Below, piece after piece: positions 36,947 through 46,158 of a DNA stretch of 64,000 nucleotides. The DNA is taken from the IMG/VR virus record IMGVR_UViG_3300034375_009390, one strand, 5' to 3'. The position numbers and the translations under genes were made by a program. The first letter of the stretch is position 1, and each line of letters begins with the position of its first letter. This DNA is from an uncultured virus (IMG/VR IMGVR_UViG_3300034375_009390) (Duplodnaviria; Heunggongvirae; Uroviricota; Caudoviricetes). Below the pieces are notes generated by a model that was not told where the DNA came from, searched no databases, and saw only the letters and a program-made list of their open reading frames with translations.

Positions 36947-37735
36947 CTACACCGAAATCCAATCTGTGCCGTCCCAAACCTTGAGCACAGACTCATCAGT
37001 TGAGTACCAGAGCTCGCCTTCCTTCTCTGGAATCGGGGCGCCAGTCGAATATGAGGCACCTTTATCCCCTGCTGAAGTCTCATACCATCCGCTGGTAACA
37101 GCATCGTAAATGAACAAAGTACCAATTTGGGTGTTATACCAAAGAAGGCCGTCTCTGGTGGGGGCGTTAAGACCTGTACCGGATGGGGCATACGCTCCTT
37201 TAATCGCAAACGCATCCGCATTGGTTTGTAGCCAATCCCCAGAAGCGTATACAAATAGACGCCCTTGGTTGGTGTCGTACCAAAGCGTACCTTCGACGCC
37301 AAGAGGTGCGGTATTTTGTACGTTCACAGCCACGGCGGCCCCGCTCAGGGTCGCCGAAGTATTGATGACCGTCTGACCAGGGATGTAGGTGAAGGCGACG
37401 TTGTTACCAGCGCTTAAACCGCCGGATGTAATTACGCCATAGTCCGCGTTAACGACGGAAACTCCGCCGCTTTCAGTGATGTAAATTCCCGAGCCGCCGA
37501 CGACGCCAGGAGCGATGCCGCTGATCGATGCGTTTAGATCTTCTAAAGCACGAACTAAGCCATTAAAACTAGCTTCGTATCCGTAGGGACATTTGGTGTA
37601 ACTTATGGTGCCCACGCCGGAAACACTGTCGATAATTTCTACGATAGCGTCTACCGCTCCGCGGAAGTTTTCAGGGTGGAGTGCACGCGGGAAACTGCCG
37701 TGTACATAACATGGCGGATTGTTTAGCTCCGGCAT
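36947..37735 (-). CDS. Tail fibre-like protein
   Basis: Three AP...GxLWYxT...LxxY/W repeats. Confidence 0.7.
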   Translation of the reverse strand: MPELNNPPCYVHGSFPRALHPENFRGAVDAIVEIIDSVSGVGTISYTKCPYGYEASFNGLVRALEDLNASISGIAPGVVGGSGIYITESGGVSVVNADYGVITSGGLSAGNNVAFTYIPGQTVINTSATLSGAAVAVNVQNTAPLGVEGTLWYDTNQGRLFVYASGDWLQTNADAFAIKGAYAPSGTGLNAPTRDGLLWYNTQIGTLFIYDAVTSGWYETSAGDKGASYSTGAPIPEKEGELWYSTDESVLKVWDGTDWISV

Positions 37736-37899
37736 CAGAAGTGAAACCCCGCCTCCTTACTTTCCACTCTAGCTGAAACACCCTATTTTACGTCCGGTAG
37801 CTTACAAAGCTAGAAAGATCCCGTGCTAAATTTCGACAATTAAAAGCCCCAGCGGTGCGGCAACACCCCAGGGCACGATCAACCTGTAGCACCAGGCCG

Positions 37900-38487
37900 A
37901 TGACTAAGCATAATCCTTTGCCGCCTCTTGAGCGGTTAAACGAACTGTTCGAAGTTGTATCAATCCATCCTTCTCAGTTTGGAATTCAATCCGGCTTGAT
38001 ACGAAAAATAAGTCGAGGTGGTCAGAAAGTAGGAAGTATAGGAGGGCACTTGGGTACACACTCTGTAGCAAAAAACAGGTTAGATTGGTCAATAAAAATA
38101 GACGGAAAACTCTACTACGTCTCGCGAATAATATATTACATGGTAAATAAAATAGATCCAGCAGAGATTGAGGTAGATCATCAGGATCAAAACTCTTTAA
38201 ACAATAATGCAGACAATCTTCAGCTGGGAACTAGACTAGCGCAGTGCACAAATAGAGGAATATTTTCAAGTAATAGTAGCGGACTTATTGGCGTTAGTTG
38301 GTATAAGAGAACTAAAAAATGGAGAGTTAATCTTATGCACAAAGGAGTTAACGTTTTAAATAGTTACTTTACTTGCAAACTTGAAGCAGCTAATACATAT
38401 AATAATAAAGTAATAGAATTAGGTCTAGATAAAATGGGTAAAACTTTAAACAACTTAAATGATATAAAATGCGATTGCTGTAAGTAA
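37900..38487 (+). CDS. HNH-AP2-like homing endonuclease
   Basis: VDHQDQNSLNNNADNL; SGLIGVSW; paralogue of 32934..33545. Confidence 0.85.
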   Translation: MTKHNPLPPLERLNELFEVVSIHPSQFGIQSGLIRKISRGGQKVGSIGGHLGTHSVAKNRLDWSIKIDGKLYYVSRIIYYMVNKIDPAEIEVDHQDQNSLNNNADNLQLGTRLAQCTNRGIFSSNSSGLIGVSWYKRTKKWRVNLMHKGVNVLNSYFTCKLEAANTYNNKVIELGLDKMGKTLNNLNDIKCDCCK

Positions 38488-38505
38488 TTCAGTAAAATAA
38501 AAGAC

Positions 38506-38856
38506 TTAACTTTCCTTAACTTTTAAGCGTTTTGTTCTTTTGGCGCTTATTCTTTTTACAGAATCAATCGAGATATTTAAAAGCTTAGCGATCTGAGGAC
38601 AGGAGCTACCCTGATCTAAAAGGTTCTCGACCTCCTTCGTCCGCCACGAGTTGTCGCGACGCATATCGATCAATCGCTTGAGTTCCTTAAATTCCTCAGT
38701 CGTCGCTCCTTTGTGCAGTACTTGGCGGACGCGTTCCCGAGTAATGCCTTCTCGATCTGCAATCTGTTGGTAGGTCAGCCCGTCACAATAGAGTTCGTAA
38801 AAGCGCAAGAACCGTTCGCGGCGGGTCTCGGCGCCCTTCCGACGCATGTTGTACAT
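38506..38856 (-). CDS. Double-HTH protein (sigma region 4-like)
   Basis: TYQQIADREGITRERVRQ; SCPQIAKLLNISIDSVKR. Confidence 0.75.
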   Translation of the reverse strand: MYNMRRKGAETRRERFLRFYELYCDGLTYQQIADREGITRERVRQVLHKGATTEEFKELKRLIDMRRDNSWRTKEVENLLDQGSSCPQIAKLLNISIDSVKRISAKRTKRLKVKES

Positions 38857-38882
38857 GATTTTGATTTGGATGCCCCGAGAGC

Positions 38883-39086
38883 TTACCGGGGGCGGCGCAT
38901 AGTGTCAACCTCTTCGTGCGTAAAACCTTCTTCTGCCAGCAACCAGGCCGGTACATTAGATAGAAATGCCCGTTCTTTACACTGCTCCCAGAAGTCGGTA
39001 GGGGGTGCTTTCGGGACCCTAGTTTCCCAGGAGACTTGTAAAGTCATGGGATTCCTAGCAAGTTTTGGATATCCAGATCGTAACAC
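38883..39086 (-). CDS. Hypothetical protein (start uncertain)
   Basis: ORF track. Confidence 0.5.
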   Translation of the reverse strand: MLRSGYPKLARNPMTLQVSWETRVPKAPPTDFWEQCKERAFLSNVPAWLLAEEGFTHEEVDTMRRPR

Positions 39087-39102
39087 AGGGTTTTACCTAT
39101 AG

Positions 39103-39406
39103 TTGTCGTAATTACCCCCACGGTTTGCAAAAGTGAACGCGTTTGACAAAAACTTTCTCTGAGTGCCGTTTACTTAACGTGAATTGCACTCAAATCGTCT
39201 TAGATATCTAATTAAAAAAATCGTATTAGATAAACTACGTCCGACCGCAATTAGCACGATTTACACCGCAATTTAAATGCAGAATTTTAAATACTGTCAA
39301 TTTGGGGAAATTTACGTTAAGTGGAGCCTTTAATAGAAAAACTTCTTTTTAGAAGGGCACCCGACACGCTATGCTTGTGTGAGCTCCATAGCACTAGGTA
39401 CACCTC
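39103..39406. promoter_or_regulatory. AT-rich divergent intergenic region with inverted and direct repeats
   Basis: 14-bp IR 39172/39309, 12-bp palindrome 39200, ACCGCAATT x2. Confidence 0.55.
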
Positions 39407-40066
39407 ATGTCTCTCAGCACGCTGATCTCGGTCTTCGGACTCCTAGTCCCAATCGACCCAGGTGAGCCTCAAGGTGAGATCCTCCAAGCCGAGACACTCG
39501 ACCATTTCCGCGTCGACACGTACGACAACGCCAAGGTGCTGACCTGCAAGTGCCGCAGGTTTAACCAGATTTGCCTGCATCCTGAGGACTTTAAAAAAAT
39601 CAGACCGGTCTCAGGTCTCTTCGCTTGCCCGATCTGTGTAACTGAGCTGAAGACGGCTCGGTCTGACTCCGACAGGATCGCAGCGTGGTTCGCCCAGAAC
39701 CGGCACGAGATCACTAAGGATGCCCATCTCTACCTCCCCAACACGTTCAGCCGTCTCGTCGACTCGCACGACAAGATCCTGATGAGGCCACGCCGATTCG
39801 TGTTCGCTAAATTTTACGGTGTTGAATTATCGCGCAAGGACAAGATTTTAACGACCTGCGGTGACCCTGAGTGCATCAATCCGTACCATATGATGCAGGC
39901 TAAGAGTCCGGCTGCTAAAGTCACGCCTGAGATCAGGCTCGACGTCCTTACGTGGACTCAAAAAAACCTACCCAATCAGATGATCAAGGATTTAATCGAG
40001 ATCAAGCACAACAAGTCGTTATCGCTACGAACGATTTCCACAATAAAGAACTCCGCGCCTGCGTAA
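39407..40066 (+). CDS. Zn-finger + degenerate HNH loop + HTH protein
   Basis: CKC..CPIC; CGDPECINPYH; LSLRTISTI. Confidence 0.6.
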   Translation: MSLSTLISVFGLLVPIDPGEPQGEILQAETLDHFRVDTYDNAKVLTCKCRRFNQICLHPEDFKKIRPVSGLFACPICVTELKTARSDSDRIAAWFAQNRHEITKDAHLYLPNTFSRLVDSHDKILMRPRRFVFAKFYGVELSRKDKILTTCGDPECINPYHMMQAKSPAAKVTPEIRLDVLTWTQKNLPNQMIKDLIEIKHNKSLSLRTISTIKNSAPA

Positions 40067-40284
40067 AGTTCTATGCGGAAATTCTGCATCTGCTACTATA
40101 TGCCCAACCGTTGTCAGCAAAAGAACTAACAGCTGGGCTAAGAACATCCAAAGATCATGTTTTTAAAAAGCTGAAGCGTCTCAAGAGATACGGTCTGGTA
40201 AAGCAGATTGAATTTGAGTCGCATGTTCTGTACTGTATTGACGGTAGGTTTAACCCTTTAATTCACTCAGTTTTAAACGAATGA
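39952..40284 (+). CDS. Winged-HTH protein (start uncertain)
   Basis: LSAKELTAGL.TSKDHVFKKLKRL..YGLV. Confidence 0.6.
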   Translation: MDSKKPTQSDDQGFNRDQAQQVVIATNDFHNKELRACVKFYAEILHLLLYAQPLSAKELTAGLRTSKDHVFKKLKRLKRYGLVKQIEFESHVLYCIDGRFNPLIHSVLNE

Positions 40285-40700
40285 GTTTTACTGCTCCCGT
40301 AAAGCCCTGTCTCTGGGAAGAGCGTTACGTTATCGATAATCTTCCGACGTGGATCTACACAGATAACAAACAACCCACGGCGATCGAAGAGTGTCGGGCC
40401 AAACTCTCGTCGATCGAATACACGATTCGAGACATCGATCTACAGATCGAAATCCGCGAACTTGAACTTAAAACAGGTAGCTCTAGGCACTCCAGTAGCT
40501 TCGATTACGAGAAGTGGAAAGGACAGGCTCTAAGGGCTAAACAGACGCATCTGTATTTACTGAATGCTTATAAGTACTGGTTGATCTTGAACGAACGGGA
40601 TGCCAACCCAATCAAGCTTGAAAACAAACTTACCAATCTCATTCGTCTCTTAATTGACGATCCTCAAGACTTCACGGCACAACTGGAAGACCTCCTGTAA
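40281..40700 (+). CDS. Hypothetical coiled-coil protein
   Basis: 139-aa ORF. Confidence 0.7.
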   Translation: MSFTAPVKPCLWEERYVIDNLPTWIYTDNKQPTAIEECRAKLSSIEYTIRDIDLQIEIRELELKTGSSRHSSSFDYEKWKGQALRAKQTHLYLLNAYKYWLILNERDANPIKLENKLTNLIRLLIDDPQDFTAQLEDLL

Positions 40701-40838
40701 AGTAAGACCACCAGACCAGTAAGAAAGGCCAGCGTCTGGTACCCTGAGGGTGTTCTCCGATTTTTGCCTTTTCTCGGAGACGGTAACTGACCACCGCTGC
40801 CTAGTACTGGGTGGCGGTGCAGCCCTCTTTAAAACAAC

Positions 40839-41168
40839 ATGGCACAACAATCTGATTTTTTAGAAATTCTCAAGGTGTTGAATAATATCGACACCTCACT
40901 TCAAATGATCGCAAACTCCAAAACTGGGAAGATCACCACGGCGTTTATTTCGAAGAAAGCTTTAGCGGTGCGTCTTGGTGTACCGAGCGTACGGATCGAT
41001 AAACTCATTCATCAAGGTATCGTTTCAGGTGGTTCGTCCGGGCTAGTTGAAGGACGTCACTACTGCAAATTGGATCCTTCGGAAAACAACCCCTCGAATT
41101 ACCTGTACGATTCGACTAAAGTTATGAGCGACGCCTGGAACAACTTCACAAATTACGACAATGAGTAA
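40839..41168 (+). CDS. Putative DNA-binding protein
   Basis: ISKKALAVRLGV, LVEGRHY. Confidence 0.55.
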   Translation: MAQQSDFLEILKVLNNIDTSLQMIANSKTGKITTAFISKKALAVRLGVPSVRIDKLIHQGIVSGGSSGLVEGRHYCKLDPSENNPSNYLYDSTKVMSDAWNNFTNYDNE

Positions 41169-41583
41169 GTTCCGTGAGATTGGTGAGCAGCTTAAAAATA
41201 TGCTGTTCGGTAAAAGCGAGGTTAAGAATCGTATCTCAGAGAATGCAGTACGGATGATTCTCGGCGATGTGACCACGCTGTACGCCGAATTCCGTAAAGC
41301 TCAGGGTGCGGGTGCTCTCTTCTTCAATCCTTCAAACTCGGAAGCGAGTCAGTACATGACTGTTTCCGAGATTGCGAAGGATCGGGCTCTTGCTGAAGAA
41401 ATGCTGAATGAGCCCTTGGCCGACTGCCTGTCTCAACTGATTAACGTGATCGAAAAAGAGAAAGAGACGGACGCCCCTGTTGTCGTGATGGTAGCCCCCT
41501 TTGGTTTGTCCGTACACGTGATTGACTTAGATAAAGTGAACAAGCTCATTAAGGAATACTCAGAAGATGCCTTGCGTCGTTGA
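41161..41583 (+). CDS. Hypothetical protein
   Basis: 140-aa ORF. Confidence 0.7.
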   Translation: MSKFREIGEQLKNMLFGKSEVKNRISENAVRMILGDVTTLYAEFRKAQGAGALFFNPSNSEASQYMTVSEIAKDRALAEEMLNEPLADCLSQLINVIEKEKETDAPVVVMVAPFGLSVHVIDLDKVNKLIKEYSEDALRR

Positions 41584-42145
41584 GGATTACATATCCCCAG
41601 TCGATGTTCTGGCAACGACGACGGCTTTTTTTGACGGATCTATAGAACTAGATCCAGCTTCCAATGAAAACGCAAATACATATGTAGGCGCTCAAAAATA
41701 CTTTTCTCCGCGTGAGAACGGGTTAAAACAGTCGTGGAAGTCAAAAAACGTCTACCTCTACCCTCCTAAGAGTGTTCTGTACTCCAATGAACAACCTCCG
41801 GAATACAAACTGTATGTAAAACGACGGAGGTTTGTAAAATCCGCTCAAAGGATATGGATGGAGGAAATGCTTCGTCGATACCGGCACTCTGAGTTCGATG
41901 AAGGCATTCTTTTCTTAACTTCAACTGAAGTCGCTCTGATAACCACGCAGCGGATTGGGTTAGACCTTCCTGTCTGCATCATGAAGGATCATCCGAAAAT
42001 CCTTACAGACACGGAAGATTTTAAAAGAGTCAATACTAACAAGTGCTTTGGTTTTATATTTTACTTTCCTAGTTTGTTAAACACAGAGAAACGCGTTTAT
42101 GAGTTTATCGAGGCGTATAGTCCTCTGGGCCGCGTATACTATTGA
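41567..42145 (+). CDS. Phage N6-adenine methyltransferase-like protein with degenerate motif IV
   Basis: IELDPAS..AN, NGLKQSW, VYLYPPK where VxxNPPY is expected. Confidence 0.65.
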   Translation: MPCVVEDYISPVDVLATTTAFFDGSIELDPASNENANTYVGAQKYFSPRENGLKQSWKSKNVYLYPPKSVLYSNEQPPEYKLYVKRRRFVKSAQRIWMEEMLRRYRHSEFDEGILFLTSTEVALITTQRIGLDLPVCIMKDHPKILTDTEDFKRVNTNKCFGFIFYFPSLLNTEKRVYEFIEAYSPLGRVYY

Positions 42146-42404
42146 GTGACGTCACACTGTCGTAAGAATTGTCAGGGCCATAGTTATCACGATCAGCGAA
42201 GCCTAGACCAACGGGCGTCTGTTTCATTCGATCACGTTGACGTTCTTTCTGAAGCCTACGCGTATGTTCATCTTGGGATTCAGACCAGATACTTCCGGCC
42301 ATTCGAATTACATCCCTGCTTCGAAAACGATAGTCGTGTTTGGCGAAGGGAGCTTCGGCATGAAACTCCACTCGGCGTTCGTGTTTCGAAGCAGGGATAC
42401 GCAT
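42105..42404 (-). CDS. Hypothetical protein
   Basis: 99 aa, coupled to the upstream gene. Confidence 0.6.
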   Translation of the reverse strand: MRIPASKHERRVEFHAEAPFAKHDYRFRSRDVIRMAGSIWSESQDEHTRRLQKERQRDRMKQTPVGLGFADRDNYGPDNSYDSVTSLNSIRGPEDYTPR

Positions 42405-42946
42405 TAGATATTGTAGGTATACAGAGGCTTCATGGAGCCCACATCAGATCGAATAGTTTGCGGTCTAGTAGCCATCATCATCGACATGGGGTCTAACTGC
42501 AGATTTGTTGCTGCACTACCAGCTAACTTTTCAAACTGCTTCTGCGGTTCATCTAACGTTTTATAAAGACGTCCGCTGACTTCACCAGCAACTCCGCTGA
42601 CACCTTGCGCATACTGTTGAGCACTCTGCATCAGAGAGTTACGCAAGTTCTGTTCTGAAGTAGAACCGATTAAACCTGGCTGGAAATTACTAAGCATATC
42701 TTGATACTTCTGCTGCGTAGCTTCAATAGTCGGGATATTACCGAACTGAGATTGAACAGCAGAAATGTAGTCAGGAAGTTTAGTTCCTGCAGCAGCTTCG
42801 AGTGTCTCTAATTGACTTAAAGCTGTTTGCTCCCTCTCCTCAGCTTTACTTTCAATTTGTTTAGCTAATTTTCGCTGCATCCTCATAGCCTTGGAAACAG
42901 CTTTATTAGCATCGTCCCTAGCTTTCTGTGCAGGAGAGGCGCCCAT
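42404..42946 (-). CDS. Hypothetical helical protein (internal virion?)
   Basis: A/Q-rich, 180 aa. Confidence 0.65.
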   Translation of the reverse strand: MGASPAQKARDDANKAVSKAMRMQRKLAKQIESKAEEREQTALSQLETLEAAAGTKLPDYISAVQSQFGNIPTIEATQQKYQDMLSNFQPGLIGSTSEQNLRNSLMQSAQQYAQGVSGVAGEVSGRLYKTLDEPQKQFEKLAGSAATNLQLDPMSMMMATRPQTIRSDVGSMKPLYTYNI

Positions 42947-42977
42947 GATTACTACAGCTCTAGATCAAGTATAACAA

Positions 42978-44132
42978 TTAGCCAAGCAGTTTTCTAAGCT
43001 GTTCAGTCACACGAACTTTACCTCCGGGTACAGCAAAATGGACGTGTTCGTGATGGCCCCCCACGGGGTCGTAACCCGGGTGAAAAACCTCAGCCCCCGG
43101 CACTGCGGCTTTAAGCGCGGCGCCAAGCTGTTTAGTTCGAGTCTTCCAGTCTCCCTCTCCCCAATCCGTGATGTCTAATGCGTGGCCGGCATAATGATGG
43201 GACTTAGGAGCGTGCTGCCCGACTTCACCAAATGCTGGGTGCTCACCAATCCGAAACCCCTTCTCCTGCAACCGTTTTCCGAGATCAACAATGCTCATCA
43301 ACTCTTCAGCGTTTTGAGTCAAAGGAGTGGATGTCTCAGTCGTAGGGGCGGTCTGGTTGTACTCACTCTCTCGACGCTTAAGGTCCAGAACATCTTTAAG
43401 CACACCGTACGCACTTGTAGCTAGTCCATCATCATTTAACATGGATTGAAGAGCTCGGTTCTCGTAATCCTCTAAAACACTCGAATCCCCGGCATCAATA
43501 TCAGAAGCCACGGCGAGGTATCGCTGCACTTCAGGAGTGAACTCAGAAGACTGAGGACCTAACGTCTTTACCGCAAAGTTTTCGAGAACGTTTTTGAGTG
43601 CTTCCTGGAAGTTGAACTTAGGTCGAGTTTGAGTGCCGGTTGGGGATGTTTCAGGCTGTCCTGCCGGCACGGCTTGACTGGGTGTTGAACCTAAAAATTT
43701 CTGCAGTTCCTGGAAAGACTTTACAGGCTGACCGTAGTAACTCTTACCTTCAATAGTAGGTAAGGAAGCCCACTCAGGAGCGAGTTTGGCGACTGTTTGG
43801 GGTGTAGGTTTATCGACGTAGGGATTTACGCCACGGCGTTCAATTAGTTCCAGAGCCGCTTTATCTTGAGCACTAGGGCTGAAATCTTTAAGACCTAGTT
43901 GTTTCGCTACGCTGGCATACGTACCAGGCATGAACTGATAACGCCCAGCAGCGGCACTACCCCTCGGGAAAGTGGGAGTAGTAATTACACGATCGGGGTG
44001 ACGACTAAAATCGGTAAACTTCCCTCCGCCGAACAGAACGTCGTATCCTCCACCCTTTCGAGCGCGATCAGTACCTTCTGCATAAGCAATAAGGTCTAAC
44101 CACTGACGCGCTACAGGGTTGGAGACAGACAT
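42978..44132 (-). CDS. Lambda-lysozyme-like muramidase fused to a His-rich M15-like peptidase domain
   Basis: IAYAEGT, FSRHP, AAGRYQF, FSP..QD, EWASLP; SHHYAGHALDI, HHEHVH. Confidence 0.8.
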   Translation of the reverse strand: MSVSNPVARQWLDLIAYAEGTDRARKGGGYDVLFGGGKFTDFSRHPDRVITTPTFPRGSAAAGRYQFMPGTYASVAKQLGLKDFSPSAQDKAALELIERRGVNPYVDKPTPQTVAKLAPEWASLPTIEGKSYYGQPVKSFQELQKFLGSTPSQAVPAGQPETSPTGTQTRPKFNFQEALKNVLENFAVKTLGPQSSEFTPEVQRYLAVASDIDAGDSSVLEDYENRALQSMLNDDGLATSAYGVLKDVLDLKRRESEYNQTAPTTETSTPLTQNAEELMSIVDLGKRLQEKGFRIGEHPAFGEVGQHAPKSHHYAGHALDITDWGEGDWKTRTKQLGAALKAAVPGAEVFHPGYDPVGGHHEHVHFAVPGGKVRVTEQLRKLLG

Positions 44133-44169
44133 CTTCTTACGTTCCGTACTTCAATTTTACCGGTTCTAC

Positions 44170-44424
44170 CTATTCGTTAACAGATAAATCTTCATCATCA
44201 AAAAGGTCGACGTTGGTATCTACTGAAACACCAATCTGATCCATGACGGTCTTATAAGCCCGTTCCTTACAAATCATTTTGATGACGATTGTCCAAAAGA
44301 ACTGATCCCGCTCCGCACTGCTTTTGATGGATTTGGCTCGATTGCGGATGCGGGTGAGGGTGAACTCGTCTTCAACGTGTAGTCCGCAGGACAGCTCTGT
44401 CCTGCCGTTGCGATGCTTACCCAC
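44170..44424 (-). CDS. Hypothetical protein
   Basis: 84-aa ORF. Confidence 0.6.
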   Translation of the reverse strand: MGKHRNGRTELSCGLHVEDEFTLTRIRNRAKSIKSSAERDQFFWTIVIKMICKERAYKTVMDQIGVSVDTNVDLFDDEDLSVNE

Positions 44425-44488
44425 GGTCGGAATCTCGGCTTTTCTAATGCTAGCCCAGATTAACCGTCAGTATTAAAGTGCACAGAGC

Positions 44489-44758
44489 TCACCAATTTTT
44501 ACACGACCAATAACCTGCTGTTAACTTACTCTTCTTTTCGTCACAGCTATGACGTGATCTGAAAGCTTTCCTACGCGCAGGATCGTCACTACGATTCTTC
44601 ATGTTCGGGTCGCCAAACCGAACGAGACGGACTTTACCGCCCTCTTTAGCTGCCACGGCGTATTCCTTACCTCCTTGAACATCCTTTTTCGGTTGGTTAT
44701 ATCCTTTAAAAACTTCTCCGGCGAGTCGGATCACGGCGGGTCTCGTCACTAGACTCAC
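44489..44758 (-). CDS. Conserved small basic phage protein
   Basis: LVRFGDPNM..RRKAFRSRHSC..AGYWSC. Confidence 0.7.
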   Translation of the reverse strand: MSLVTRPAVIRLAGEVFKGYNQPKKDVQGGKEYAVAAKEGGKVRLVRFGDPNMKNRSDDPARRKAFRSRHSCDEKKSKLTAGYWSCKNW

Positions 44759-44861
44759 TATACTTACAAAAAGCTTAAGTCGCTGTTACAAAACCAGAAG
44801 ACCCAGCAACACAGCGCGAATGGTGGTACCATAACTCAGTAACTTTTCTTCCGCATACACA

Positions 44862-45122
44862 ATGTCGGACGGTAAAACCTTGCTCACCATTGCTGAAACG
44901 GCTGAACTTCTGAACTGCAGCTCCGGTTTTGTCCGTAAGCGCATTGCTTTATCTGAAGCGAACCAACCCGGTGGCTGGCCCACCTCCGTGTACGTGAATC
45001 TGCAGCCTAACGGCGCAAAATCTCTGTACCGCATCAAGAAAGACGCACTCGAAGAGTATCTGCAGGGTACTTCTGCAGCTAAAGTGGAAACTGTTGAAAC
45101 CGAAATGGCTATCGCAGCCTGA
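44862..45122 (+). CDS. Excisionase-like HTH protein
   Basis: LLTIAETAELLNCS..YRIKKDALEEYL. Confidence 0.75.
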   Translation: MSDGKTLLTIAETAELLNCSSGFVRKRIALSEANQPGGWPTSVYVNLQPNGAKSLYRIKKDALEEYLQGTSAAKVETVETEMAIAA

Positions 45123-45127
45123 AGCAA

Positions 45128-45667
45128 ATGACATTCTCTGGTTCTTTTGAATCCACGCCGGCTTCTGAGCTTGTTCCCTCGGAAACAACCGTCGTTGTTC
45201 AAGAACTGGAGGAGCGGAGGGTCACGTTGGAGGATCTGTTGATTCAACTCGTGGCCCTTTCGTCACATTTACACCAGATCTACACCCAAGCACACTTAAT
45301 TCACTTAAATATCGAAGGTCCTCTCTTCCTTCCACTGCATAAATTCCTCAAAAAACAGTACTTCGCGCACATTGATCAGTTTGATCAGGTAACTGAGTTC
45401 GTCCGCACGATGGACACACTCATGCCGATGTGCGAAAAGGGTCTTCTAGGTGCTTATAAGGGCTTTAAACACGTAAAATCATATGAAGCTCGCGAAATGC
45501 TGATCACTTACCTGCAAAACCTGGAGAAAATTGGTATGCAGGCTAAGGAAATCGGTGAACTGGCCCGAGAAATCAAAGCTCCGGACGTAGAAAACTACAT
45601 GGCGGAGATTGTAGGTCAGATGTTTAAAGCCTCCTGGAAGATTAAAGCTTCCCTGAGGTCCTCTTAA
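45128..45667 (+). CDS. dps: Dps/ferritin-like protein
   Basis: HLIHLNIEGPLFLPLHKFL..QY...IDQFDQVTE. Confidence 0.8.
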   Translation: MTFSGSFESTPASELVPSETTVVVQELEERRVTLEDLLIQLVALSSHLHQIYTQAHLIHLNIEGPLFLPLHKFLKKQYFAHIDQFDQVTEFVRTMDTLMPMCEKGLLGAYKGFKHVKSYEAREMLITYLQNLEKIGMQAKEIGELAREIKAPDVENYMAEIVGQMFKASWKIKASLRSS

Positions 45668-46112
45668 ATTTTTGTCCGGGGATTACCTTTTGCATAACAG
45701 CGTCATAATGAGACCAACCCAGATTTAAACGTCGAGAAATAGTAGTGTGACTGATACCAATTTCTAAAGACCATTCTTTAATTGTTTGACACTTACCGTT
45801 AATAGTTAAATAAACACACATTGATCGATTTCTATTTTGCTCCGTACGCGTTGCCCATTTGCAATTCTCTGGACAATAATTTCCATTAATATCAATCCGC
45901 TCTATAGAGTACTCTTTACCAGGACGTTCTCCCATATCCATTAAAAAATTTTCAAACGTATTCCATCGATCACAAACCCGGATACCTCTTGCCCCGTAAT
46001 TAGAGTAACCGTTTGCTTTCGGGTTGTTACAACGAGATCTCATATTATGCCAACTAGAGTGAGTTAAAGAACGAACTCCATTGATCGAATGTCCGTGACG
46101 TTTTAAAACCAC
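45642..46112 (-). CDS. HNH-type homing endonuclease
   Basis: WHNMRSRC, YGARGI.VC.RW, SIERID.NGNYCPENCKWAT; GTG start inferred; TGcTATACT upstream. Confidence 0.85.
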   Translation of the reverse strand: MVLKRHGHSINGVRSLTHSSWHNMRSRCNNPKANGYSNYGARGIRVCDRWNTFENFLMDMGERPGKEYSIERIDINGNYCPENCKWATRTEQNRNRSMCVYLTINGKCQTIKEWSLEIGISHTTISRRLNLGWSHYDAVMQKVIPGQKFKRTSGKL

Positions 46113-46158
46113 TGTTAACGTTGTAGGAGTAACCAGTATAGCAGGCCACACTTCGCGG

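Noticed and set aside
15185..37735. Diversity-generating retroelement acting on fibres
   Set aside because: No reverse transcriptase and no adenine-variant TR/VR pair seen in the window.
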